A stretch of 64,000 nt of DNA, from positions 899-64,898 of IMG/VR virus record IMGVR_UViG_3300046516_001034; one strand, given 5' to 3'. Source of the DNA: a virus. Lineage: Duplodnaviria > Caudoviricetes. Position 1 is the stretch's first letter. Every line of letters begins with the position of its first letter. The notes beneath the pieces were generated by a model that made no database searches, was not told the DNA's origin, and worked only from the letters and a program-made list of their open reading frames with translations. Shown piece by piece: positions 39,379 to 49,291 of the stretch. A program made the position numbers and the translations under genes.

Positions 39379-42311
39379 GGCGTCAACCCATACTGGTTGA
39401 TATATTCGCCCACTGCTGGCTCCAGTTGGGTGCCGATAATGGGCGCGATGATCCATACGTTCTCGCTTGACCCGGCCTTGGTAGACCCACTGCCCAGCGC
39501 CGCCGTCGTCATTCGCGCCCCCAACCGGGATTGCAGCGCATGGGTGAGCGCCGCCTTGGGGCGGCCGGTGCGTACGCACCACTCGCCCAGCGCCGTGTCG
39601 CTTACTCTCAGAGTAACCGGGTCGCCGGATATCTGCACGTCAACCCGGTTCCACTGCTTGCTGGCATAATCGTTCATTACCTTGGCGTAGCTCTTCGGCG
39701 GACGGCCCCGCTGCGCCCATGTCTTATCGAGGATCACCATGCCGCGCTCCCGTTTCTCGTTGAGGAACGCGCCCATAGTGGACACGAGGGGCGTTTCCTT
39801 GGTGTAATCAGTCGAACCCGTATTCATCATCTTTCGCAGATAGTGATATTCGCCAACGGCATACTGATACATTTCGTCAAGCGGGAAGTTCGCCACTCCC
39901 AGCAGGTTGGCTATCCTAGCGCCCACCAAGGTGGTGGAGATCGCCGCAATCCAGAAGCGCTCTTCCTGTAGCGGGTTAAGTTGGAGCGTGATCGCGTTCT
40001 GCACCTTGGCGTGTTCGTCGTAAACCTTCTTATGGTTCGCACCCAAGAACGCCGCGTATTTGCGCCCCACGCCGCCATAGTTGAGGCTTAGGGCTTCTAC
40101 CATCCGCCCCACTTCGGCAACGAAGTGCTTCTCGTCGTTAGGCTTGACGAGGGCGCGCATCTCCAGCATACGAAGCAGGTTCGCATCCGTCCCTTGGTCG
40201 TGTTCGCGCACGGCGGAAGCAATGCTGCCGTTAGAGGCGTAGTTGCAATTGGTGCGAAACTCGCGCTTGATCCGCATGTTGCCATAGCGATCCGCGCGGC
40301 CCTTCTCCGAACCCCCCGTCAACTGTAGCACCACTTCGACCATATTGGCGATCTGCTTTACGCCTTTGATCTCGTCATAATTGATAGGTAGATGCCGCAG
40401 GAGCGTGCACTTCGCAAACGTGTAGTTCACGGTATCGGTCAGCCCACCCAGTGTCGGCACGCTCCACACCGCTTGGTTGAGCTTCAGCGAAGTGGTTTTG
40501 CCAATGCCGGAGCTTGGCGACCAAAGACCAATTAACAAACCATCTTGGCCACTCATTTTGATCAGCGGCGCGCCGAACGAAGTCGCCGCCATGAAGCATA
40601 AGTCGGGGCGATCCGGCGTCAGCACGATATCCGCCGCTTCGCGCCATACCCTCTCGTCGCCGGTTACTCCGTAGAGTTCCCCGCCCTCCCCGGCGTGGGT
40701 GCACTTGAAGGTGCCAGCGGGGGAGACGAACTCACCGGCAAAGGAGAACCCCCAGTCGCCGTTGGTATCCTGCGCCCACCCGAACGGGGGCGCGGAGATG
40801 AGTGTCGAGTGGCTGGTTTGCAATTGCTTGATGTAGGCCATGAAGAACTCTCTTGTCGGCTTGGCGGCTCCAGTAAGGGGTAAACTTACGTCGGCAAGCG
40901 ATTTGTTTAGCGCGTGAAGATCAGAAAGTTGTGAATTTTCGAACGTCTTCGAAACTTGCACGCCCGCTTGCATGGTGCTGAACGTCAGCTTATCGGGTTT
41001 GCCGCGTTCGATGAAACCAGAACCTTCGATGATTGGGTACTCGAATACGCATATTTCGTCTGCCCCAGTTTCATCGGGGCGAATGGTGCTCAGATAGATA
41101 AGCTGGTCGTTGCCACGATAGTATTTGGGCGGCAAATCGATCTGTGACTGCGCCTTCTTCCCGGCGTACGCATGGCCGTTGCGCTTATACGATACGCTTA
41201 ACGGTGTAGTGTTGAGCGCCAGATGCGGACATTCTTTGCACTGAGTGACGCCATGACCCGCAAGTGTGGCGCAGAGAGGCGGGCCGATCTGACGTAGCGA
41301 TCTTGCTTGTTGAGCAGTTGCAAGTTTTTGATCAGTCTCTTCGACGGTATACTTGGAGTGTCCTCTGGATAGTCGATGTGCAGTTCCTTCTGGATCGCTG
41401 ACATGGCAAGCGAGCGCAATGGCGTCGTGCCAGATGGGCTCGGGGTGGTCTTTTCCGCCATCGGCAAGGGTGTCCTTGATAAACGGGCAAACTTCCGCCA
41501 CATCGTCGATATCGACGGGCGGGTACTCGGGCTTGGGGAGCGCCATGTCGTCGTTTTCGTTGGGCTCCCCCCGGGTCGTAGCCCGGGGGTTGGGAGGTGG
41601 CGGTGTTTTACTCTTTGGAGTAACAGCCGGAAATCGATCCAGCGCAGCGCACATTGCAGCAATATCCACGTCGGTATTGCTGTCCCACTTAAGCTCCACT
41701 TTCGCGCCATCGATCCCCGGCCCCGCTTTGAAGTTCCACGTATCGGCAATCCGTAACAATCTTGTCGGGTCATTGGTCACTTGCTGGTCGAAGTGAATGC
41801 CATGATCCGAAGCAGCGCGAGTGAGTTGCGCCGCCATCTTTCGAAACTCGCTTGGCGAGAATAGCTCGCTCATCGTCCAGTACACATGAAACCCGCCCGA
41901 ACCGCTCAACACCATGATAGTTGGCGTCGGCAGCTTGGCCTCGCGCACGAACACGCGCATCGCCTGCGTAGCTTCGGCGGTAGAACCGAACGCCCCTTCC
42001 TTTACGTCTACGTCCATATACAGACACTTGCACGCCGTGAGGTTAGGGTTCTGGCGAATCGCGTCAGGGTATGGCCTCCCCTGCTTATGCTCGCCCGGGT
42101 TGAGATAAGCTCCATTGGCGAAGTATACGTCAAGTCCCTTGTGCGCCCAGTACATGGCGTCAAGCAGCGCCGTGCGCATCGTCTGGTGCGCCGCGCCGGG
42201 GTAGATCGGCACCCGTCCATCGTTGAAGATAACCTTACGATGGATAGAGAACCACGTATCTTTGTCGCGCGCTACCACGCGCGTAAGGTGTTGCAATGCA
42301 ATCTTGGTCAC
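39375..42311 (-). CDS. Primase-helicase (AEP/RepB-type primase + DUF927-like NTPase)
   Basis: YMDVDVK, SGSGGFHVYW, RLLR primase motifs; C..C..CP Zn site; PFGW; SSGIGKTT Walker A; YDE Walker B. Confidence 0.85.
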   Translation of the reverse strand: MTKIALQHLTRVVARDKDTWFSIHRKVIFNDGRVPIYPGAAHQTMRTALLDAMYWAHKGLDVYFANGAYLNPGEHKQGRPYPDAIRQNPNLTACKCLYMDVDVKEGAFGSTAEATQAMRVFVREAKLPTPTIMVLSGSGGFHVYWTMSELFSPSEFRKMAAQLTRAASDHGIHFDQQVTNDPTRLLRIADTWNFKAGPGIDGAKVELKWDSNTDVDIAAMCAALDRFPAVTPKSKTPPPPNPRATTRGEPNENDDMALPKPEYPPVDIDDVAEVCPFIKDTLADGGKDHPEPIWHDAIALACHVSDPEGTAHRLSRGHSKYTVEETDQKLATAQQARSLRQIGPPLCATLAGHGVTQCKECPHLALNTTPLSVSYKRNGHAYAGKKAQSQIDLPPKYYRGNDQLIYLSTIRPDETGADEICVFEYPIIEGSGFIERGKPDKLTFSTMQAGVQVSKTFENSQLSDLHALNKSLADVSLPLTGAAKPTREFFMAYIKQLQTSHSTLISAPPFGWAQDTNGDWGFSFAGEFVSPAGTFKCTHAGEGGELYGVTGDERVWREAADIVLTPDRPDLCFMAATSFGAPLIKMSGQDGLLIGLWSPSSGIGKTTSLKLNQAVWSVPTLGGLTDTVNYTFAKCTLLRHLPINYDEIKGVKQIANMVEVVLQLTGGSEKGRADRYGNMRIKREFRTNCNYASNGSIASAVREHDQGTDANLLRMLEMRALVKPNDEKHFVAEVGRMVEALSLNYGGVGRKYAAFLGANHKKVYDEHAKVQNAITLQLNPLQEERFWIAAISTTLVGARIANLLGVANFPLDEMYQYAVGEYHYLRKMMNTGSTDYTKETPLVSTMGAFLNEKRERGMVILDKTWAQRGRPPKSYAKVMNDYASKQWNRVDVQISGDPVTLRVSDTALGEWCVRTGRPKAALTHALQSRLGARMTTAALGSGSTKAGSSENVWIIAPIIGTQLEPAVGEYINQYGLTP

Positions 42312-42385
42312 GCCTGCCTCCCGCGAGAATAATGGGGGGAGGGTTGCGCGCCTCCCCCCAATTTCCCCGGACTATTATCCGGGGA

Positions 42386-43507
42386 TCACGGCTTCATCAG
42401 GCTATCAAACGCAGAGTTCAACTCGTCGGGCAGCGAGTGCGCATTGTCCTCGTGCAACGCCTCGCTAACGCTGGCCTCTTCAATGGGCGCGGTGCGCACC
42501 GTCCGCGTAGACGCCGGGGCAGGGGCAGGGTTGGCGACCGCATCGATGATCGTCTTCCCACCCGGCTTGACGGCGAACCCACCCGGCATAGACGCCGGGG
42601 GTTTAGCCGCGCCAAGGTTTATTTTCATCGGCGCTTGTTGAGGAGCGACCGGCTGGGGAGCGGCTTTAACGCTTGCCGTTTGCTGTGGCCCCTTGGGAAT
42701 AGCTCCTTTAGGGGTTTCGGCTTGCGCTTGCGGCTTGGCCCCTTTAGGAGTATCGCCATCAGCTTCTGGTCCATCAACCTCAATCTTGCTGCTGAGTATA
42801 CGTCCCACCTGCTCATGTTTGCGCGTCTCCAACACCACCGCCACCTCGTCATCGGACAGTTGCCCCGCCCACGAGAACTCGATACGTGGGAACGCCGTGG
42901 TCTGATCGAAGCTGAGTTGCGTGACGCCGCCAAAGTATTGGATGCCGTTGTTCGTCAACGCAGTGGCGTACTGGTCCATGTTGCGCAGCGAGCTAGGCGG
43001 CACAGAGAGCAGCATCGGCCCGCCCGCGTCCTCGTTGGTCAGGTCATCCCCATAGGGAACAACCACCACGCGACGCCGTTGCTGGCAGGCTTTCGCCTTG
43101 GGCGCGGCGGCAGTCGCCCCCGATCCCCACGCGTCGTTGGGACAGGTGGCGCAGACCGGGTTGACCGGATCAGGCACGATATCATCGGGCCGGATGCCGT
43201 TGCTCGACCAGCATGAGGGGCGATTGTTAGCGCCCTCGACATAGCCGCCCGGATAGAAGGTGCGGGTCAACTCTGCTTGCGACTTGAGGATCACCACGTT
43301 GATCGCCGGGACGGGGAACCCGCGCTCGTCGCTGATGACCTTATCCTCGCCCTTCCATCTATAGTGCCACTTGCCGCCCTTGATGCCAAGGATCGGGAAC
43401 GAAGTGGTTACGCCCGCCGACAATTCGGCGTTCTCCAACGGCATGTTGGCAAGCAGCGACGACTGCTGCATGATCACGCCCGGCTTCTTAGTTACCAAAT
43501 TATTCAA
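42386..43507 (-). CDS. ssDNA-binding / recombination protein (putative)
   Basis: PSCWSSNGIRPD..CATCP.D.WGS..KAC motif, LSVPPSSL, acidic C-terminus. Confidence 0.55.
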   Translation of the reverse strand: MNNLVTKKPGVIMQQSSLLANMPLENAELSAGVTTSFPILGIKGGKWHYRWKGEDKVISDERGFPVPAINVVILKSQAELTRTFYPGGYVEGANNRPSCWSSNGIRPDDIVPDPVNPVCATCPNDAWGSGATAAAPKAKACQQRRRVVVVPYGDDLTNEDAGGPMLLSVPPSSLRNMDQYATALTNNGIQYFGGVTQLSFDQTTAFPRIEFSWAGQLSDDEVAVVLETRKHEQVGRILSSKIEVDGPEADGDTPKGAKPQAQAETPKGAIPKGPQQTASVKAAPQPVAPQQAPMKINLGAAKPPASMPGGFAVKPGGKTIIDAVANPAPAPASTRTVRTAPIEEASVSEALHEDNAHSLPDELNSAFDSLMKP

Positions 43508-43544
43508 GCTGTCCTCCTGTTACTCTGCATGAGTAATGATGTTG

Positions 43545-44024
43545 TTATTCTGCTGCTGTATCGTTGGTAGGTTCTTCCCAGAAGTCGCCGCCCTCCGGCC
43601 CACCGTCCTTGCCTTCCACCTTCTTGCGCGGCTTGGGCGGGGCGTTAATATAGAGCACGTTCATCGCATTCCTAAAGAGCCCCGGCGGCGGTCCCTCGTT
43701 GGTCTGCGCGTAGGTTTCGCAGGCGACGCCAGCAGCAGCCCAAGTGATAAGTTCCCACGCCTCCGCGCCAATGACGTGGCGACGGAACTCGTCCTTGTCC
43801 TGCACCCGGAAGGTGACCTTCTCCTTCCAATACGCGGTGCCGTTCACCGTGGCGGCCGATTTCTGGCCTGTCTCGTTGAGATACTGGAGTATCTGCGTGC
43901 GCGCTTTCTCCGCCCACTCCTTGAGCGGCTTGAGCTTTTCCTCAAGCGCCGTCTCTTCTAATTTGATCTTCGCTTCCATCTCGCGCACCTGCTTGATGCG
44001 TTCCGCTACATTCAATACTGCCAC
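43545..44024 (-). CDS. Conserved phage replication-module protein
   Basis: Coiled coil then SAATVNGTAY..PPPG; synteny. Confidence 0.55.
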   Translation of the reverse strand: MAVLNVAERIKQVREMEAKIKLEETALEEKLKPLKEWAEKARTQILQYLNETGQKSAATVNGTAYWKEKVTFRVQDKDEFRRHVIGAEAWELITWAAAGVACETYAQTNEGPPPGLFRNAMNVLYINAPPKPRKKVEGKDGGPEGGDFWEEPTNDTAAE

Positions 44025-44307
44025 TGTCCTCTCTCCTCTTCACAATCAACCTATACTGGAACTTACCATTGCCGATGTATACTCGGTCTACAGTGTGACC
44101 ACCGAATTTCTCCTTGCGGAGATCACGTAACCTAGCTGATACGGATGTTTGCATAACCCGGACGCCGTGGTCTTCACGGATCAGTGCAACAATACCCCAT
44201 ATCGTCCGCCATCTGCCGTCATACATAAGATTGTATACCCAGCTTAATTGCTGGTTTAGTCGCGGCTCGTCTGCCGGAGTAACCGTATCTCCGCCAAAGT
44301 CACTCAT
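43942..44307 (-). CDS. Winged helix-turn-helix DNA-binding protein (putative)
   Basis: VYNLMYDGRWRTI...TSVSARLRDLRK..FGGHTV..YRL. Confidence 0.6.
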   Translation of the reverse strand: MSDFGGDTVTPADEPRLNQQLSWVYNLMYDGRWRTIWGIVALIREDHGVRVMQTSVSARLRDLRKEKFGGHTVDRVYIGNGKFQYRLIVKRREDSGSIECSGTHQAGARDGSEDQIRRDGA

Positions 44308-44312
44308 TAGAG

Positions 44313-45173
44313 TTACTTCTTTCCGGTCAACGCCAATTTCTTAGCGTTGAACGCCATGAAAGCGTCCTTGCGGTTGCTCTCGCTCGCAGAGTTATCTGGA
44401 TGCAGGCAATTACGGATATTGTTGAACTCCGTTTCGGTGAAGATTGCTCTATGAGAATTGATCATCTTGTTGTAGTGAACGGCTTTCTCCCCTGCTTCTT
44501 TAGTCATACGGTCAAGCGTCTCGCGATGCTCCTTTATATGAGCGCGCACGCGCTCTTCGAACGTCGCTTCGCGCACTGCGTCCAATATTTTAATCTGCGC
44601 ATCGATATGGCGGATGGACGCTTTAGTAAACTCAGGTTTTGGCGGCGTGGTTGTATTTTCTGCACGCACCACTCTAAGTGCGGTATCTGCTGTGGAGTTA
44701 TGAACTTTGGCAGTTCTAACCACATCATCTCGCTTTGGCAGCACGCCGGTATTCTGTTGGATCGCTCGGACAATCTCAATTGTTGCATCCGTCTTGGGGG
44801 AACGGGTAGTTTTAGGCGTAGGGGTATCTTTACTAGCGCTAGTAAAGGTCCGATCTATCAGTTGGATAGACCGGCTCTCCGTTTTTTCCATCAGGATACG
44901 CGCTTGTGCCGGATCTTTGCCCCACCGAATTAGTGCGGCGCGATCTTGGTGGTTAGGCGCTCTGTTTCCAAAGCGTGTATCGAGCCACCCTCCGAACGCC
45001 CGGTCGTTACCGCCATGATCTTCGCGTACGCCAGCCAATTCAATAGCTAGCTCTAGCGTCCCCTCTATCCACTCGGTGTCGCCTTTAGCACGTCGTTTCA
45101 TAGCAGCTTCAATCTTAAGCGCCCGTCGCTCAAGCACATCAGGAAGCTTGACAATAGTCTCATTCTCTGGCAT
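44313..45173 (-). CDS. Hypothetical protein (lower GC, possibly DNA-binding)
   Basis: Start re-called at MPENETIV (AGGAG SD within dispersed motif). Confidence 0.55.
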   Translation of the reverse strand: MPENETIVKLPDVLERRALKIEAAMKRRAKGDTEWIEGTLELAIELAGVREDHGGNDRAFGGWLDTRFGNRAPNHQDRAALIRWGKDPAQARILMEKTESRSIQLIDRTFTSASKDTPTPKTTRSPKTDATIEIVRAIQQNTGVLPKRDDVVRTAKVHNSTADTALRVVRAENTTTPPKPEFTKASIRHIDAQIKILDAVREATFEERVRAHIKEHRETLDRMTKEAGEKAVHYNKMINSHRAIFTETEFNNIRNCLHPDNSASESNRKDAFMAFNAKKLALTGKK

Positions 45174-45205
45174 AAGTAACTCTCCTAGAGTTAGGCGGCG
45201 TGATA

Positions 45206-45242
45206 GGGCCGGAGAGAGTAGCATCTCTCCGGCCCCCTTTTT
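45206..45242. terminator. Hairpin terminator
   Basis: GGGCCGGAGA..TCTCCGGCCC followed by T tract on + strand. Confidence 0.5.
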
Positions 45243-45243
45243 A

Positions 45244-45633
45244 TTACTCGGCGGCGGCGATATCACCGGCTTCGGTGTGCCCCGCATGAGCAATCAGCGC
45301 ACGGCTGCGGTTGATCAACCGCACAACTGCCGTCACTAATTTCGACATGTTGTACTCAGCGAAGTAATGCAGATGTTGCTCTGCTTCCACTTGCGCCATA
45401 ACATGCCGCGTAGCTTCGTACATGTCGAAGATCACGCGTCCCGTCTGCGTTTCATTCTTCACCGCATTGGCGAACTGAATGAAAAGCGGGTCTTTCTCCC
45501 AACACGCAAGAAAATACGGCCTGATCATATGAACAAGCGGCATCTTGCGCAAAGGCATGGAAGGAGGCTTGACGGGCAGGGGGTTCGTATAATGAACCTC
45601 CTTGGTGAGGTACGATTTGGCTTCTTCGACCAT
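45244..45633 (-). CDS. Hypothetical protein
   Basis: AGGAG SD; ORF track. Confidence 0.55.
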   Translation of the reverse strand: MVEEAKSYLTKEVHYTNPLPVKPPSMPLRKMPLVHMIRPYFLACWEKDPLFIQFANAVKNETQTGRVIFDMYEATRHVMAQVEAEQHLHYFAEYNMSKLVTAVVRLINRSRALIAHAGHTEAGDIAAAE

Positions 45634-45701
45634 TTTACGCTCCTATGTCCCCGGTTAGCGGATACTGGCAGCGCGGGGCCACTGCCAATGCGTGATAGTT
45701 G

Positions 45702-47108
45702 TTACTCTGCCGAGTTATCCTCGGTGATCGCCTCCACGATCTCAAGGAACCTGTTCTGTAGCGCTTCGTTCTTGCCTAAGAGTTTGTAAATTCGTTTCTC
45801 CATCGGCGTGCCGCCTACCATAGCGACGAGTGTTTTCGCGTCTTGTCCCACCCGGTATGTGCGGCCGTTGGCTTGAGTGAACGTCTCCAGCGATGTTACA
45901 GGACCGGCCCATATGGTCGTGTTCGCTGCGGTGAGCGTCAGGCTGTGGCTCATACATACCGGGTGAGCTAGTAAAACTTTGTAGCGAGGCGTGTCCTGAA
46001 AGTCGCCAAAGATAACATCACGCTTGGTGGTGAGAACGTCGCCGGTCACCACGGCATGAGGTATCTTATTCTCGGTCAACATCACATCCAGCGCAGCGAC
46101 TGCGCTCTTAAACGGCGCGAAGAGAATGACCTTCTTCGATGCGCTATCAATGAGATCGAGGATAAGCTGGAGGCGCGGCGTGTTATCAAGATGGACCGTT
46201 CGACCTTCGCGAGTGTAGACATAGCCGATAGCGATCTGGAGAAGCTTCGAGAGAACAGCGCCCGCGTTGAGAGCATCGATCTTGTTCTCTCCAACAAGCG
46301 CAATCGCTTTCTGCCGCATGCCATCATACACTCGCTGTTGCTTGGGGGTTAGCTCGGCCTCGTAGTAGTTGGTAACTCTCGGGGGTAACTCGGTCACTTC
46401 ATCCAAGCGAAACCTAACGCTGGGTTGCATGCATGATACCGCACGTTCCTCGGCGTTGGGCTTGGGCCGCCACTGCCATCCCTGCGTATCCATCTTGATC
46501 ATCAGTTGATCGCGGAAGATGGTGAAGTACTTCGGCACCGTCCACGGCGTTAGGCACGAGCATGGCCCCCACACATCGGTGACGGCGCGCGGCATGGGTG
46601 AGCCAGTAAGCGCCCACACATAGGACTTGGGCCGCACGTAATCGCGAAGAGTACTTGTAAGTCCACTGCGTCCGTTGCGATACACCGCCGCCTCGTCGGC
46701 GCACACCACGTCGATATCGTTGCGCTCGACCAATTCGTCGTAGATGATCTCAAGCCCCTTGTGGTTAACGATATACACATCCACATTCAAGCGCAATCTC
46801 AACAAGCGCTTGGCCTTGGTGCCATGCAGCACTACGCACTTGAGCCACGGCAGATTGAACATGATCTCGCGTCGCCATGTGCGGCTCATTGCGCTGAGGG
46901 GGCAGATCACCAGCATCTTATGCGCAATGCCAGCTTTGCGCAGCGCGTCGTAGGCGAACAACACGCTCCTTGTTTTACCCGTCCCTAAGTCATTCAAGCA
47001 GTACGCCCGCTTGTTCTCCATGAACAGCGCAGCGGTGAGCTTCTGCACATGGAATGCGCTCGGTGGGAACGTGTACTCGATGTTACTGAGCGGCGCGTGA
47101 ATGTTCAT
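45702..47108 (-). CDS. SNF2-like superfamily 2 helicase
   Basis: DLGTGKT, CADEA, LTGSP, KLLQIA, QANGRTYRVGQ. Confidence 0.9.
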   Translation of the reverse strand: MNIHAPLSNIEYTFPPSAFHVQKLTAALFMENKRAYCLNDLGTGKTRSVLFAYDALRKAGIAHKMLVICPLSAMSRTWRREIMFNLPWLKCVVLHGTKAKRLLRLRLNVDVYIVNHKGLEIIYDELVERNDIDVVCADEAAVYRNGRSGLTSTLRDYVRPKSYVWALTGSPMPRAVTDVWGPCSCLTPWTVPKYFTIFRDQLMIKMDTQGWQWRPKPNAEERAVSCMQPSVRFRLDEVTELPPRVTNYYEAELTPKQQRVYDGMRQKAIALVGENKIDALNAGAVLSKLLQIAIGYVYTREGRTVHLDNTPRLQLILDLIDSASKKVILFAPFKSAVAALDVMLTENKIPHAVVTGDVLTTKRDVIFGDFQDTPRYKVLLAHPVCMSHSLTLTAANTTIWAGPVTSLETFTQANGRTYRVGQDAKTLVAMVGGTPMEKRIYKLLGKNEALQNRFLEIVEAITEDNSAE

Positions 47109-47385
47109 CCAGCCATTCCTTTAACTCTTGTAGAGTAACGTCATCATCAATCACAAACACCTTCGCTCCCATGTGTTCCAGCTTCTCAATCATTAGTTGC
47201 TGTCGTAGCGTTGGTTGTTTCCCCAGCGCTTTTGTTTCAACAAAGAACGCCCTCGCGCCAGCAAGCATGCAGTGAAAATCTAATCCCGCCGCGCCCATAC
47301 CCATCTGCACGGGCTGAAAGTAATACGCGCCGTAGTTATCTAGCAGTTTACGAACTTTTGCTTTGACCTTTCCCTCTGGCGTCAC
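47083..47385 (-). CDS. VRR-NUC domain nuclease
   Basis: PEGKVK..G.AGLDF..FFVETKA.GK.PT.RQ. Confidence 0.85.
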   Translation of the reverse strand: MTPEGKVKAKVRKLLDNYGAYYFQPVQMGMGAAGLDFHCMLAGARAFFVETKALGKQPTLRQQLMIEKLEHMGAKVFVIDDDVTLQELKEWLDEHSRAAQ

Positions 47386-47648
47386 TGGATCAGCTTCCTA
47401 TCCGGTATGTAGATCGTCGTCTGCTCAAGCATGCGCTTCAGCATCGCCACTGCGTAGGCCGCGTCGTTGAGGGTAGCGAACTTGTGGCGCTCGATCACCT
47501 TGCCGTCCGGGTCCATATGCGCCACGGTGTAGTGCGCGCCGTCATGATCGAGATGGATGCCATGCTCGTTGACTTCCCACACGGTGCCGATGATATCACG
47601 CGTGATGCGCTGGCGGTTGAACAGTTGGTACAGTGGGTTGTTGCTCAT
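47382..47648 (-). CDS. Hypothetical protein
   Basis: MSNNPLYQ start overlaps upstream stop. Confidence 0.5.
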   Translation of the reverse strand: MSNNPLYQLFNRQRITRDIIGTVWEVNEHGIHLDHDGAHYTVAHMDPDGKVIERHKFATLNDAAYAVAMLKRMLEQTTIYIPDRKLIQ

Positions 47649-48379
47649 TGCACGCGCCTTTGACGTTTGCCGTGGAACTCGCACGAGGCCACAGGACAAT
47701 ATTCATAACACAACCCGCCGGGCTTGGGTTCGAACACGTTGGTTTTGTGCGCGCTCTCCATTGCGATTACTCTCGGGAGTAACGTGGAGATCGCTTGCGG
47801 CATATCGCTGCGCTTGAAGTCTTCGTGCGACGTGTCGTTGTACTCGGTCCATAGGAACTCAGTGCGCACCTGATCCACGTCCTTGTAATGGCAAAACACC
47901 ATGTACGCGCTCAACATAAGCTGCGTCCACTCGTCCTTGGGCTTACCGGTTTTGTAGTCCACGATGTGGCCTAGAAATCTTCCCTTCACGTTGGAGGGTA
48001 TGATCCTCAAGTAATCGATCTTGCCGCGCAGCCACACGCCTTTCTCGAAGAACCCGACCGGCGTTCCCTCTTTATCTACGGCTAACTTAAGTTCACACTG
48101 GATGATCTGGAGCGGGCTTATCTCGTTGGTCAGCCGTGTCGCCCACTTCTCCATGTAGCCGAACTCTGGCGGCAGCTTCTTGTCGCTGGCGACGCGCGAG
48201 TACATCGCGCCGTGCAGCGCATCGCCGCGCGCTAGCTCTTGCGACTTAACCTCTTCGGTGCTCTTGCGCAGGTCAACTTCGGCATACCGATGTGGACAGG
48301 TTTCATAATTTTTTAGTTTACTGTAGGACCACGCGAAGCCGCGTGGCTTCACCTGTTGGGGCGGCGGGGCTAGGGTCAT
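47645..48379 (-). CDS. PD-(D/E)XK exonuclease (RecB/Cas4-like)
   Basis: WSYSKLKNYETCP, G.ALH, RGKID, IVDYKTGK, C..CP...C. Confidence 0.85.
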   Translation of the reverse strand: MTLAPPPQQVKPRGFAWSYSKLKNYETCPHRYAEVDLRKSTEEVKSQELARGDALHGAMYSRVASDKKLPPEFGYMEKWATRLTNEISPLQIIQCELKLAVDKEGTPVGFFEKGVWLRGKIDYLRIIPSNVKGRFLGHIVDYKTGKPKDEWTQLMLSAYMVFCHYKDVDQVRTEFLWTEYNDTSHEDFKRSDMPQAISTLLPRVIAMESAHKTNVFEPKPGGLCYEYCPVASCEFHGKRQRRVQ

Positions 48380-48825
48380 GTGACGATCAACCTAAACTGT
48401 GCGATCAACTGGTCGCTGGGAAAACTATCCACCTGTTCCTTCACCACGCCTTCCTTGCCGTCAAGGAGAAAGAAAACATACACCGTGTCGTCGTGCACTT
48501 GGCAGTGGATGAAGTCTCTTGGTTTAAGCAGAAACTCGCCGCGCACGCCGCACATGCGGCCGATAAAAAGTTTCCGGGCAATGTCATGCGGCGATGATTG
48601 TGTGTTCTGCGCTGATTGCTGCGCCGCCGACCAATCTTGGTATTGTGCGTTCTGCGCCGCTTGCGCATATGCATATGAATGCGGGTCAGGTGCGCCAAGC
48701 GTCGGCTGCATAGCTAACAACTTATTAAGATCTACTCCCACCTTGTTACTCCACTGAGTAAGCTTCGAGAAAAAGCTTGATCTTGGTTTTGTCGGGGGCG
48801 GGGATGCTGTACTTGCCTCGTCCAT
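48376..48825 (-). CDS. Hypothetical protein
   Basis: ORF track; start uncertain. Confidence 0.45.
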   Translation of the reverse strand: MDEASTASPPPTKPRSSFFSKLTQWSNKVGVDLNKLLAMQPTLGAPDPHSYAYAQAAQNAQYQDWSAAQQSAQNTQSSPHDIARKLFIGRMCGVRGEFLLKPRDFIHCQVHDDTVYVFFLLDGKEGVVKEQVDSFPSDQLIAQFRLIVT

Positions 48826-49057
48826 CGTTGATGATCCAAATTCTCTTAGCTTCTAGCTTTCTTCGCAACGCGTAGATCACCTGCCGCGCTGGGTAGCTCA
48901 CTTCGGGGAAGTCATCCTTGTGCACCCAGTTACTCTCCAAGAGTTTTTGCAAATATCCTGCCTCGTTGAGCGACAGCCCGAACGCAGCGATCAGGATTTT
49001 CTGATCGGCAAGGATCGGCACATCTTGTTCCTCGGTAATGAACTTCATCAGCGACAT
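48746..49057 (-). CDS. OmpR/CtrA-effector-like winged-helix protein (putative regulator)
   Basis: FGLSLNEA..L..LL...QVIYALRRKL....I.N..RGKY.I; GGAGG SD; own promoter. Confidence 0.6.
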   Translation of the reverse strand: MSLMKFITEEQDVPILADQKILIAAFGLSLNEAGYLQKLLESNWVHKDDFPEVSYPARQVIYALRRKLEAKRIWIINDGRGKYSIPAPDKTKIKLFLEAYSVE

Positions 49058-49081
49058 ATTAACCTCCACCCCCAATCGCTG

Positions 49082-49110
49082 CCTATAGCATATGTGTTAA
49101 AGGATGTCAA
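49082..49110 (-). promoter_or_regulatory. Sigma70-like promoter
   Basis: TTGACA-TCCTTTAACACATATGC(17)-TATAGG. Confidence 0.65.
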
Positions 49111-49291
49111 GAGATATTTTTACACTTCATAACCGCGATGTGACGGCTCATTTCATCCATGTCCGACAGCACATGGAGAGCCGCCAGCGCGCAATCCATC
49201 TCGGTTTTGTAGTAGCCGTCAAGTTGGGTGACGTTGCGTGCGTCATTGTCGTCGCACGCTGGCGCGCCAGCGACGCACACATAGATCACCA

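Noticed and set aside
47645-48379. Cas4 of a CRISPR system
   Set aside because: Stand-alone phage replication-module nuclease with no array or other cas genes
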